From NCBI GenBank assembly GCA_017548385.1, contig JAFZAE010000144.1:6300-70299 (forward strand): a DNA stretch of 64,000 bases, written 5' to 3'. The notes beneath the pieces are model-generated. The model saw only the letters and a program-made list of their open reading frames with translations. It did not search any database and was not told the DNA's origin. Shown piece by piece: positions 49,418 to 57,960 of the stretch. A program made the translations under genes and the position numbers. Positions within the stretch are counted from its first letter, which is position 1. Each line of letters starts with the position of its first letter. This DNA is from Prevotella sp. GTDB lineage: Bacteria > Bacteroidota > Bacteroidia > Bacteroidales > Bacteroidaceae.

Positions 49418-52400
49418 TTACTTAATGATGACTTTTTTGCCGTTGACAATGTAGATACCTTTCTTTAGGTTGTTGGTGTTGATGCGTATACCAGAAAGCG
49501 TATAGATAGAGTCGGCGTCTGTGAGTGCGTTTATGGTGACACCCTCAATAGCATCTGGTAGCCAGAATACATAACCTTTGTTACTTGCTGTAGCAGCAGG
49601 CATCTTGAGGTATGCCTTGTGGGCACCAAGTTGCATGGAGTGGCCGTCGGGACTGTTCTGCCAGAAGTAGAAGCCGAGTTCTTCAGGATTCTTGTTGGCA
49701 TCTTTCCATGAGAGCACATAGTATTTGTTCTCGGTGTCATCGGAGATGGTGAGGGCATCCTCTGTACCAATGAGATCATTCTCTGGTATCACAAGTTCTG
49801 TGAAGACATAACCGCCGAAGCCAAGCTTGGAGCCTGTGCAGAAGAGGTAATAGGTCTCGCCTGCCGTGACATCGAATTCAACTGTTCCATTCATCTTTTC
49901 ATCAATGGTGAAGTCATCATTTAAGGTAACAGGAACAGGCACGTCTCCATCTGCCTTTAAGGTTAGGTCGCTGACAGGGAGACATTCGCCAGTGGAGGCT
50001 TTTGCCACATAGAAGTTCTTTTCTTTGTTGAGAACGATGTATGCGGTAATATGTCCATCTTTTGCTGGAGTGAGCATATAGTAGGTACCAGACTGTGGAA
50101 GGTTTTGTTGGTCTGGTTTATAGCCATTGCCCGTACTCTTGTCTCCTTCGAGTTCGCCATCCTTCGGATTTTGGTTCCCCACAACATACACCACACGGGT
50201 CTTCTGCTCCACTTCACCTGTTTCCTCGTTGGTCACGGGAACAGTCTGTCCAAAGAGCTCAGCACAGTAGGCCTTCGTTGTTGATAGTTTCAAATCATAG
50301 TTCCTTGTAGTACGATCGTTACCTAGTACAGCTGTGACATTCTCTGTTCCGATTTCAGCACCCTTTCCGTATGTGGTATTATTGTCAAACAGGGCTGTCT
50401 CTGTTGTGATTGGTGCTCCAATGGGGAAGGTGTATTCTCCCTGTGGACCGCCGATGATGACAGGAGTGCCAGCAGGAATGATGTCCTTCACCTCGTTGAG
50501 GATAATGTTCCAGCCATCGACCTTTGCGGTGTATGCCTTCACTTCCTCAGGAATCGTCAAAGTCAATCCCTCATAGTAAAGTGTGGCATACTCTGAATCG
50601 GAGATGGTCGTTGTAATACTTTCAACTATTGGTATGTCTGGTGTCAGTGCGTAGTTTTGCTCAACGCTGTTTTCGAATGTATAAGTATTGGCACTTACGA
50701 GTGTTTCATAGCCATCAGCTTCTATGGTAGCGGTGTAGCTTAGAGCATCCTGTACAACGTTGATGGTGAATACACCTTGTGCATTGGTGGTGTCTGTGTA
50801 CACCACGTCATTCTCCTCATTGCACAGTGTGACTGTAGCACCTTCGATAGGTTGACCGCTCAAATCGTCGATGACGATTCCGCTGAATGTCTTTGGTTCA
50901 ACGTTGAGCGAGAGATATGCCACGGGGAGGACGTTGGCATTGGAGTAGCTGCCACCTCCATGAGAATAATAACTGTTGGAGTAACTGTTGTCTGCCGGGA
51001 ACTTGATGTTTAGATAGGTGCCGTTACCATTCATATTAGTGGCGATACGTATGCTGGAGGTTCCGTCCCAAATGATGGGCTCGGAGAGGGTGATGGAGAA
51101 ATCAACGGCCTCGCCTTCTGTGAAGGTCACAGTCTCTGCATCGTGGATTTTGACGTACTGCATATTGGTCTTATCGGCTGTTCCGGGAGTAAATGTGGCA
51201 TTTTCGTCGAGAAGACCCACCCATGCTTCGGTGGTCAGATTATTGAATGTCTTGGAAGCGGATGGCGTGCCTGGGAAGGTAATGGCATTGATGATGTCGC
51301 CCTCTTTCAGACCGAAGGCTGTGAGGATGTCTTTGGTATAAAGCATGTCGCATTCTGATAGTCCCTTGCCGTCGTCAGCCCATGTACCGTAGAATGGTAC
51401 CATTGTATTGGTGGTCTTGGCTTCGCCAATGGCGATACCGCTCTCAGTCATCTCCTCGGCAATGGTAACCTCTACCTCCTCGGTGGTCACCACTTTGTCA
51501 CCGCTCTTCAGTTCGATGTATGCGGGCAGTGTACCAAAGGTGTGGGGTTTATAACTGAGGGTGATTCCGACAGGATTTTCTATGTTGCTCATACTGGGTG
51601 TTCGCCCTGTACCCTCGGCGGCTGTCTTGTCGTTGCCGGGCAGGTCGGTGTTGATCACGCTTACCACAGCCTCTCCATTAACATAGAGCGTGGCAGTTTC
51701 CACCACGTCGGACTCTGCATTGATATTATGCAGGCTAATGGTAGCGGTATATTCGTTGTTCTGCTTGCCTTTGGTAGGAATGTTATTCTCTGCGATGAAC
51801 CAGTTGTGCTCAGGCTGTTCTGCCAGTGTCAGACCATAGATGTTGTCGAGAAAAGCGTTGTCGTAAAGCTCGAATGCCAAATAGTAGTCACCTGCTTCTT
51901 CGATGGTGGCGGAGAATGTCTGGGCGGTACTGCTTAAAGTGTTACTGCTCACTTTTGTCAGCTGTGTCCATTCTAAGCGATCTTTTGAGGTATAGACGAT
52001 AACAGCTGAGCTACTTTTGTAGCTGCTGTACCATGCATCGAATGTGAATGTCTCACCGGAGGTGGCGGTAAGCATTGGGGTGATGAATTTCTTGACGGAG
52101 GAGCTGATGCACTGCAGGTAGAAGTTGATGTCTTCTCCATTGCCTGTGGATGTGATATAGACTTCATCGGGATGGATGGAACCTGCCGGGAACTGTCCGT
52201 TTGCCTCTGCGCCGGTCTTTCCGTTATCGAAGGTAATCAAATTCTTCGATGGGTCGACGACTGTTCCGGATACATTTAATGTATAAGTGGCGGCCTCTTT
52301 ACCGTAGTTGGTGTATTCAATGGTGAGGATGCCGTTGAAGATACCTGGCTCTGCTGCTGGGAATGTGATGTTGATGGCCTTCTTCTCCTTGGCGGCCACG

Positions 52401-53563
52401 GTGAACTCTCCAGTGGGAGCTGTGGAGGTGAAGGGTACATCAATTGTAAAGCTGTTGATAGTGAGCGGTGCGTTGCCCGGGTTGTAGATTTCGTAGTTCA
52501 GCGTAGTGGCCTCACTTACCTTGCCAAAGTTAATTGGCGTGGTGGTGGCAGATGAACTGTTGTAGTAGGAGGTTCCAGCCTTGTCGAATATAAATTTCGA
52601 CTCATAGAGGTTAGTTCCGCACCATTTGCCCTCTTTTGTAGTACCGCTGATGTTTTCTTTCACATCCCAGTATTTCCATCCTGCCTGTTCTGCGGGCAGT
52701 GATACTTGCATCTCAAACGGCTCAGAAGTCTGGCCTGCTGCAAGTGCCACGGGGATGGGGAATGCGCCATAGAGTGTGGCAGGTGCATAGCGGTTGAAGA
52801 GCGAGAGTGTGTAGTTCTCGTCACCGGGAGCAAGGTCCACATCACCGCTGTTGATGAGAGTCACCAAGTAGTGTGCGAGGATGGTACCATCCTCTTGCTG
52901 GTTGAAGTAGGTGGTAGAAGCACCATCGACGTCGGCCACCGTCTTAATGGTGAGTTTCTGCTCAGCAACGATTTCTGCAGAAGTCGCGGAGAAATTGTCC
53001 ATATAGACATGCTGTGCGCGGATGCCGATACGCTGAGCCTCACTCAAGGTAAGGGTGATGGTATACCAGCCCTCATAGGCATCATCGGCAACGAAACCCT
53101 CGTCAACGGTAAACTTTTGGATGAGACTGCCACGTGTGGAGCCTGTTTCGTCAACATTGTATATTTCCACGAATGCGGGTATGGATGATGAGGCAGAAAT
53201 GCTGGGTTTCACATACAGTTTCACTTCACCAGATACAACAGGTGATACAAGCAGGTCATAGACAGTGCTTCCACTGCTGGAGCTTGTAGGGTCGGAGGCA
53301 TACTGTCTATATGCAAGCAGTGCACCGGATTCGTTAATACCCTCATTATTTTTATAAGAGTACGACATGTAATAGGTATCGCCCCAACTGTCTTTGTAGC
53401 TTCCCACGATATGTCTCCAGTTGGAAGCCACTGTGAAATCATGATTCGATGTCAGAATTACCGCATTGAAGTCCATTTCATACGGCGACATCGTTTCTGC
53501 CCAGGTCGTGTTTATTCCAAACACGGAGAACAGTGTTAGTAAAAGTAATTTTGCTTTTTTCAT
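49418..53563 (-). CDS. Large multidomain T9SS-secreted surface protein (Ig-like/beta-sandwich domains)
   Basis: Sec signal peptide; INFG...IYNPGNAPLTI Ig-like domain; G.PIEGATVTL...TTNAQGVF carboxypeptidase-regulatory-like domain; C-terminal IYTLSG...KGIYIVNGKKVIIK. Confidence 0.85.
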   Translation of the reverse strand: MKKAKLLLLTLFSVFGINTTWAETMSPYEMDFNAVILTSNHDFTVASNWRHIVGSYKDSWGDTYYMSYSYKNNEGINESGALLAYRQYASDPTSSSSGSTVYDLLVSPVVSGEVKLYVKPSISASSSIPAFVEIYNVDETGSTRGSLIQKFTVDEGFVADDAYEGWYTITLTLSEAQRIGIRAQHVYMDNFSATSAEIVAEQKLTIKTVADVDGASTTYFNQQEDGTILAHYLVTLINSGDVDLAPGDENYTLSLFNRYAPATLYGAFPIPVALAAGQTSEPFEMQVSLPAEQAGWKYWDVKENISGTTKEGKWCGTNLYESKFIFDKAGTSYYNSSSATTTPINFGKVSEATTLNYEIYNPGNAPLTINSFTIDVPFTSTAPTGEFTVAAKEKKAINITFPAAEPGIFNGILTIEYTNYGKEAATYTLNVSGTVVDPSKNLITFDNGKTGAEANGQFPAGSIHPDEVYITSTGNGEDINFYLQCISSSVKKFITPMLTATSGETFTFDAWYSSYKSSSAVIVYTSKDRLEWTQLTKVSSNTLSSTAQTFSATIEEAGDYYLAFELYDNAFLDNIYGLTLAEQPEHNWFIAENNIPTKGKQNNEYTATISLHNINAESDVVETATLYVNGEAVVSVINTDLPGNDKTAAEGTGRTPSMSNIENPVGITLSYKPHTFGTLPAYIELKSGDKVVTTEEVEVTIAEEMTESGIAIGEAKTTNTMVPFYGTWADDGKGLSECDMLYTKDILTAFGLKEGDIINAITFPGTPSASKTFNNLTTEAWVGLLDENATFTPGTADKTNMQYVKIHDAETVTFTEGEAVDFSITLSEPIIWDGTSSIRIATNMNGNGTYLNIKFPADNSYSNSYYSHGGGSYSNANVLPVAYLSLNVEPKTFSGIVIDDLSGQPIEGATVTLCNEENDVVYTDTTNAQGVFTINVVQDALSYTATIEADGYETLVSANTYTFENSVEQNYALTPDIPIVESITTTISDSEYATLYYEGLTLTIPEEVKAYTAKVDGWNIILNEVKDIIPAGTPVIIGGPQGEYTFPIGAPITTETALFDNNTTYGKGAEIGTENVTAVLGNDRTTRNYDLKLSTTKAYCAELFGQTVPVTNEETGEVEQKTRVVYVVGNQNPKDGELEGDKSTGNGYKPDQQNLPQSGTYYMLTPAKDGHITAYIVLNKEKNFYVAKASTGECLPVSDLTLKADGDVPVPVTLNDDFTIDEKMNGTVEFDVTAGETYYLFCTGSKLGFGGYVFTELVIPENDLIGTEDALTISDDTENKYYVLSWKDANKNPEELGFYFWQNSPDGHSMQLGAHKAYLKMPAATASNKGYVFWLPDAIEGVTINALTDADSIYTLSGIRINTNNLKKGIYIVNGKKVIIK

Positions 53564-53757
53564 AAGCAGTTGAGATTTAGTGAATATAGTATTTTTATGT
53601 TATGAATACAATGTGAGAATGGCTCGTTTGTGTATTTGATGGCAAAAATAGTAAAAAAATATAAAAGTGTCAATAGATTGGAGAAAAAGTTTTGAAGTTG
53701 TTTCTCCCACAGCCATCTTACTAATATTGGGAAGTTATGTAGGAAATAGGTCATATA

Positions 53758-53790
53758 AAAAGTGAGGATAATCGGTTATCCTCACTTTAT
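53758..53790 (-). terminator. Hairpin after the M6-YiiX-DUF4878 gene run
   Basis: aaaagtgaggataa-tcgg-ttatcctcacttt, with a T tract on the minus strand. Confidence 0.75.
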
Positions 53791-53887
53791 TTTGAAGACT
53801 TATGGAACGTTTTCGTCAAGCCAAATGAACATAGCCAAGCTTGCTTGAGCTATGACATGGCGAGAAAAGGTACATGAATATGGACTG

Positions 53888-54268
53888 TTATTTTCCAGAC
53901 TCAATCTTCCAATTTCCGTCTTCGCCTTTCTTCAAGGTCTGCTGGCTATCCTTGCTGTTGCCATCTTGGTCGATCATCTCATAGGTAACAGTAGCTTTGT
54001 CGCCATCTTCTTTTACATCCTTGATTTTGTACTCTTTGATTTTCTTCATTTCTTCCTCACCGAGTTTCAGCAAACCTTTGTAGGTATCTTTCTGTGTGTC
54101 GTCTTTCAGATCCATCAGCTCTACGATGCCATCGAGATCACCCTTCTGTGCACAGTCAAAATAGGCTTCCATCACACTCTTTGGGTCGCTTTTGTCAACA
54201 CCACCACCACAGCTAGACAATACAACTACCATTGCGCAAGCGCAAAGAAAAAACAATACTTTTTTCAT
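53888..54268 (-). CDS. DUF4878-like (NTF2-like) lipoprotein
   Basis: Lipobox LSSC, P.SV..AYF, GDKATV and LKK..DGNWKI motifs. Confidence 0.78.
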   Translation of the reverse strand: MKKVLFFLCACAMVVVLSSCGGGVDKSDPKSVMEAYFDCAQKGDLDGIVELMDLKDDTQKDTYKGLLKLGEEEMKKIKEYKIKDVKEDGDKATVTYEMIDQDGNSKDSQQTLKKGEDGNWKIESGK

Positions 54269-54302
54269 AAATCTAATGAATTTTAAGTGAAACAATAAAA
54301 AA

Positions 54303-54965
54303 TTAAAACTTGTAAATTGATTTCAAATACTTGGAATTTAATAAATCAGAGGGAAAGATGCATTTGGCATAGAATTTTGGCACTATAACTTCGTGCCTTT
54401 CTGCACTCACCAAATCAAGTCCAGCCCTATTGTAGGCATATACCACTAATTCGGCACAATACATCTCGGTAGTATCAGTGTCATCGTATTGATGATCGAA
54501 AAGAACCTTCCGCTCGTATGCCCGTATCGCTATTTCTGCTGCTTTATGGGCGATGGAGTCATCTTGTATCCTGCATACTTCGCCACACTGTGCATAATGG
54601 TCAGAGAAGTAAACCTCTGGCGTGTCCATCTTCACTCTGTCAACATCTCCTTCAAAATCAGGCTCGTCAGCCACAGCATGGGCAATCATTTTCTTCCCAT
54701 TATAATTAACGACAATACCAGAATGGGAATAATTGCTGGCAGTATCCAATTTTAAGATGACGCGGCTAGCCATACCTGTACCCCTTCTGAACACCACGTC
54801 ACCGGTCTGAAGTTGAACATCGTCAGGCATAATGCACTTAAAACCATGAACTTGTTCTGAATCATTTTTCTGGGAACATCCCCACAAGAAGAATGAAAAA
54901 AACAGAAGGATAGCACATGTAGTGCATGGCTTGAACCGCTGTGGCTTTAATGTGAGATTTTTCAT
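54303..54965 (-). CDS. YiiX/YebB-like permuted papain-fold (NlpC/P60) amidase lipoprotein
   Basis: LQTGDVVFR, YSHSGIV and MYCAELV...Y motifs (His before Cys); lipobox LWGC. Confidence 0.85.
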   Translation of the reverse strand: MKNLTLKPQRFKPCTTCAILLFFSFFLWGCSQKNDSEQVHGFKCIMPDDVQLQTGDVVFRRGTGMASRVILKLDTASNYSHSGIVVNYNGKKMIAHAVADEPDFEGDVDRVKMDTPEVYFSDHYAQCGEVCRIQDDSIAHKAAEIAIRAYERKVLFDHQYDDTDTTEMYCAELVVYAYNRAGLDLVSAERHEVIVPKFYAKCIFPSDLLNSKYLKSIYKF

Positions 54966-54986
54966 CAGACTTTAAACTCCTGGTAT

Positions 54987-56783
54987 TCAATTCTTAATGG
55001 CCTTCTTCCCATTGCGGATATAGAGACCCTTGGGTAGGATATTCAGGTTGGTGCCCATATAGCGTCCGTCGATACTATAAATGCGGTCATCATCGCTTGT
55101 GATTGCAGTGATATCGTGGATGCCTGTATAAACGCCAAAGTCATTGATGAACTTCAGTTTGATGACACCGTCGGTTTCTTCTATTTCCGTCAGGGCTTTG
55201 TTTAGTTTTTCACCATTATATACCTGAAAATTCACGATTTGCATTGTGTCATTGAGTTCCGTTACATTACTTGTACCAGGGAAGGGGTCTCCGGCAAGTT
55301 GGTTGTAGAAATCAGCGTTTTTCACATTTACACCGTCGATGTTGTACTGGGCGAACAGCAGACCATCGGCAGGGACAATAGTCATTCGTGGCTTACCCTT
55401 CACATTGTTCACACTGTTGGAACTGAGTGAGAATGCCGTGCTGTTGTAGTTCACATGATATACCAATAGACCATGTCCACGTTGTCGGTAGTTGAGACCT
55501 CGCTGTTGGATATTTTCGATGATGAAGTATTCGTTTCCTGTAGCGTCGCTGTCGTTGGGAATACGATAAGCCATGCCATCGTAGTCGATAGGACTAATTT
55601 CAAGCAATGTATCGGTGGTTAGGGTGGGGATTTCTATCCACCCCATTGCTTCACGTTCCCATGCGGTATATGCAGTGGGTGCACAGCCGTTTGCTTGATA
55701 GTTGCCACTGTCCATCAGACTCCAAAATTCCATACCCTGATTGTCTCCCTTCACACTTGAAAGGGTAGGGTAGAAATCGGGAAGACCTAAACAGTGTGAA
55801 AACTCATGGCATAGTGTGCCGATACCATTGATGCGCTTCCAAGGAGCACTGGAATAGCAGCCAGGGAAACCGTTCAGTTCAGCGTTGACACCATAGCGTG
55901 ACACTTTCTTGCCGTCGTAAGTGCCGCCGCTAACATTACCTGACTTGGGCCAAATACATTCGTTACTATTGCCCGACATTGATTGTGAATAGCCGGCATA
56001 TACCACCATGACGAGATCTACATAGCCATCGTTATTGGCATCGTATTGCGAGAAGTCTAGACTATCATCCATTGCTGCGCAGGCATGTTGGAGAAGTAGA
56101 CTCATGTTCTCGTCAGAGCCTTTGTCGTTACTGCCGCCATATTTTTTCAGTGGTTGCGGCAGAGTCACTGGTCCATAAACGTCAAACTGTGGGGTATATT
56201 GTCCGAAACTGATGAGATTGAAATAATAGCCTACGCTGCACACATTGCTTGACTCGCCTCGGCCAAAGTCCTCGAGTTGCTGGTAGGAATTAAAGTATTG
56301 TTCGAAGGAACGCTTGGGATTCTCAATGGTGAAGGTGGTGTCGGCAAACTCTGCCAGGATGACGATGGCCTTGGGCGAGCCTTCATGGGGAAATTCAAGG
56401 TTGCTTGCTTGCACGGGCTCTTGCATCACACGGCGGAGAGCACTTGTCTCTGAGGCTTGTTTCAGGAACACATCACGGTCTTGCTGCTCTATCAGTGCAC
56501 GTTCTTCCACGCTACGGTTGTTGGCATTGTGAGCAAGTTGACTTGTGGCGACAAGATTACCAAAGTCATCTATCAAGGCAATGTAATAACCATTCTCCTT
56601 CTGTACGAGGAGCACACCATCAACTGTTGTCACATAATGGAAATATTCATCACCATGTTGGACGATTGTTAGTGTGGTGCCATCTTGCTGTACGACATTC
56701 ACTGGGAATGGGTAGGCTTTGTCGGCTCTAATACTCAATACGGAGAACAGGCAAAGGATGATGGCAAATAGTAGTCTTTTCAT
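54987..56783 (-). CDS. M6 family metalloprotease, T9SS cargo
   Basis: Q.DGT....HGDE prodomain, HEFSHCLGLPDFY and WSLMDSG motifs; C-terminal IYSIDGR...KGLYIRNGKKAIK. Confidence 0.9.
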   Translation of the reverse strand: MKRLLFAIILCLFSVLSIRADKAYPFPVNVVQQDGTTLTIVQHGDEYFHYVTTVDGVLLVQKENGYYIALIDDFGNLVATSQLAHNANNRSVEERALIEQQDRDVFLKQASETSALRRVMQEPVQASNLEFPHEGSPKAIVILAEFADTTFTIENPKRSFEQYFNSYQQLEDFGRGESSNVCSVGYYFNLISFGQYTPQFDVYGPVTLPQPLKKYGGSNDKGSDENMSLLLQHACAAMDDSLDFSQYDANNDGYVDLVMVVYAGYSQSMSGNSNECIWPKSGNVSGGTYDGKKVSRYGVNAELNGFPGCYSSAPWKRINGIGTLCHEFSHCLGLPDFYPTLSSVKGDNQGMEFWSLMDSGNYQANGCAPTAYTAWEREAMGWIEIPTLTTDTLLEISPIDYDGMAYRIPNDSDATGNEYFIIENIQQRGLNYRQRGHGLLVYHVNYNSTAFSLSSNSVNNVKGKPRMTIVPADGLLFAQYNIDGVNVKNADFYNQLAGDPFPGTSNVTELNDTMQIVNFQVYNGEKLNKALTEIEETDGVIKLKFINDFGVYTGIHDITAITSDDDRIYSIDGRYMGTNLNILPKGLYIRNGKKAIKN

Positions 56784-57021
56784 ATCGTATAATCGTCTTA
56801 ATATGATATTTTCAATCTTTTTATGTTGCAAAAATACACTATTTTTTTAATAAAATCAAATTTTTCCTTCCTTTTTGATAGATTTGTCATTATTAACACC
56901 TCGTATAATTGCCTGTCTCATTTTTTTTCTGTAATATTGCAGGTCAAATAATAATTCCAGATCTATATTTCCTCATCATAATTTCTGAAAGACGAGATAC
57001 AGCAAACACAGAGACAAAGAG

Positions 57022-57675
57022 ATGAAAATTACAAAATCTTATTTTATCGCCATTATAACTTTTTTTTCATGTACCAGTCTACATGCACAAAAATTAATGA
57101 ATGATGTATGGATTAATATACCCGACTCGCTCATGAAGTATCTCAATTGGGATAAACGCAACGATTTGGTGGCGTATTACAATATGGGAGCGGAAGCCAG
57201 TATCCCATCATTACTTGATGAGAAATCGATACTCTTGAAACTCACTGACAACTATATCTCTCTAAGACTCAACCAAAGTTCAACGATGCAAATGGCATTG
57301 TTGAGTACTGCCGACAACGATTCACTTATATGTATGGTGCGAACTTACATTGGTGGTACAAAAGAAGAGGGTGGGGCAGCCGAGAGTGTCATCACTTTCT
57401 ATGACATGCAATGGAATAGGCTCGATAATGCTCGATTTCTTACTCCTCTTGAGGGCAAAGACCTAGTTAACAGGCCGGATACGATGTCTCAAGAACAATA
57501 TGACCTGCTTGTTGGGATGGCCCATCCCCAAATGTTGTCGGTAGAGATGGATGAGACGGATCTCTCGCTGACCTATCGTCTAACTGTTCCAATGTTAGCA
57601 GCAAAAGAGCGAGAGCAATTGAACTCCATTTTATTGCAAAGAAAACTTAAATGGAACGGCAAAATATATAATTAA
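57022..57675 (+). CDS. DUF3256-like exported protein
   Basis: Signal peptide, IPDSL..YL....R.DL, LTDNY, ICMVRT and ES.I.FYD..W motifs. Confidence 0.7.
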   Translation: MKITKSYFIAIITFFSCTSLHAQKLMNDVWINIPDSLMKYLNWDKRNDLVAYYNMGAEASIPSLLDEKSILLKLTDNYISLRLNQSSTMQMALLSTADNDSLICMVRTYIGGTKEEGGAAESVITFYDMQWNRLDNARFLTPLEGKDLVNRPDTMSQEQYDLLVGMAHPQMLSVEMDETDLSLTYRLTVPMLAAKEREQLNSILLQRKLKWNGKIYN

Positions 57676-57742
57676 TGTTATAATATGCATTTTTAGGGTG
57701 CTTAAAATTGCATATATATTGAATTTTGCCTATATTTGCAAC

Positions 57743-57811
57743 GTGTTTTTCATGGTATTAGATTATTAAGGTTAATAAAGATTGGTTGTCGTGAGACAAT
57801 CAATTTTTTTT
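57743..57811 (+). ncRNA. Candidate sRNA of about 70 nt
   Basis: TATATTTG -7 element at 57731-57738, short AU-rich body, terminator attggttgtc-GTGA-gacaatcaat plus T tract; no ORF. Confidence 0.6.
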
Positions 57812-57960
57812 GTTAAATGCAGTAGATAGAGATGGGTGATTCTGGATGAGCAATTACTTTTCCAAACTACCTCAAAAAACTTCTTTATTTTTTCTTTTAT
57901 TCCTTTTTTTTTCATATTTTTGCATCCAATTGGGTAATGTATGGGAAATAGGCTTTTTTG

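Noticed and set aside
53810-53870. Hairpin gccaaatgaacatagc...gctatgacatggcg, and gcaaagatagtgcaaggcgagcg at about 30797
   Set aside because: They look like decayed intergenic palindromic repeats; too degenerate to define or assign a function
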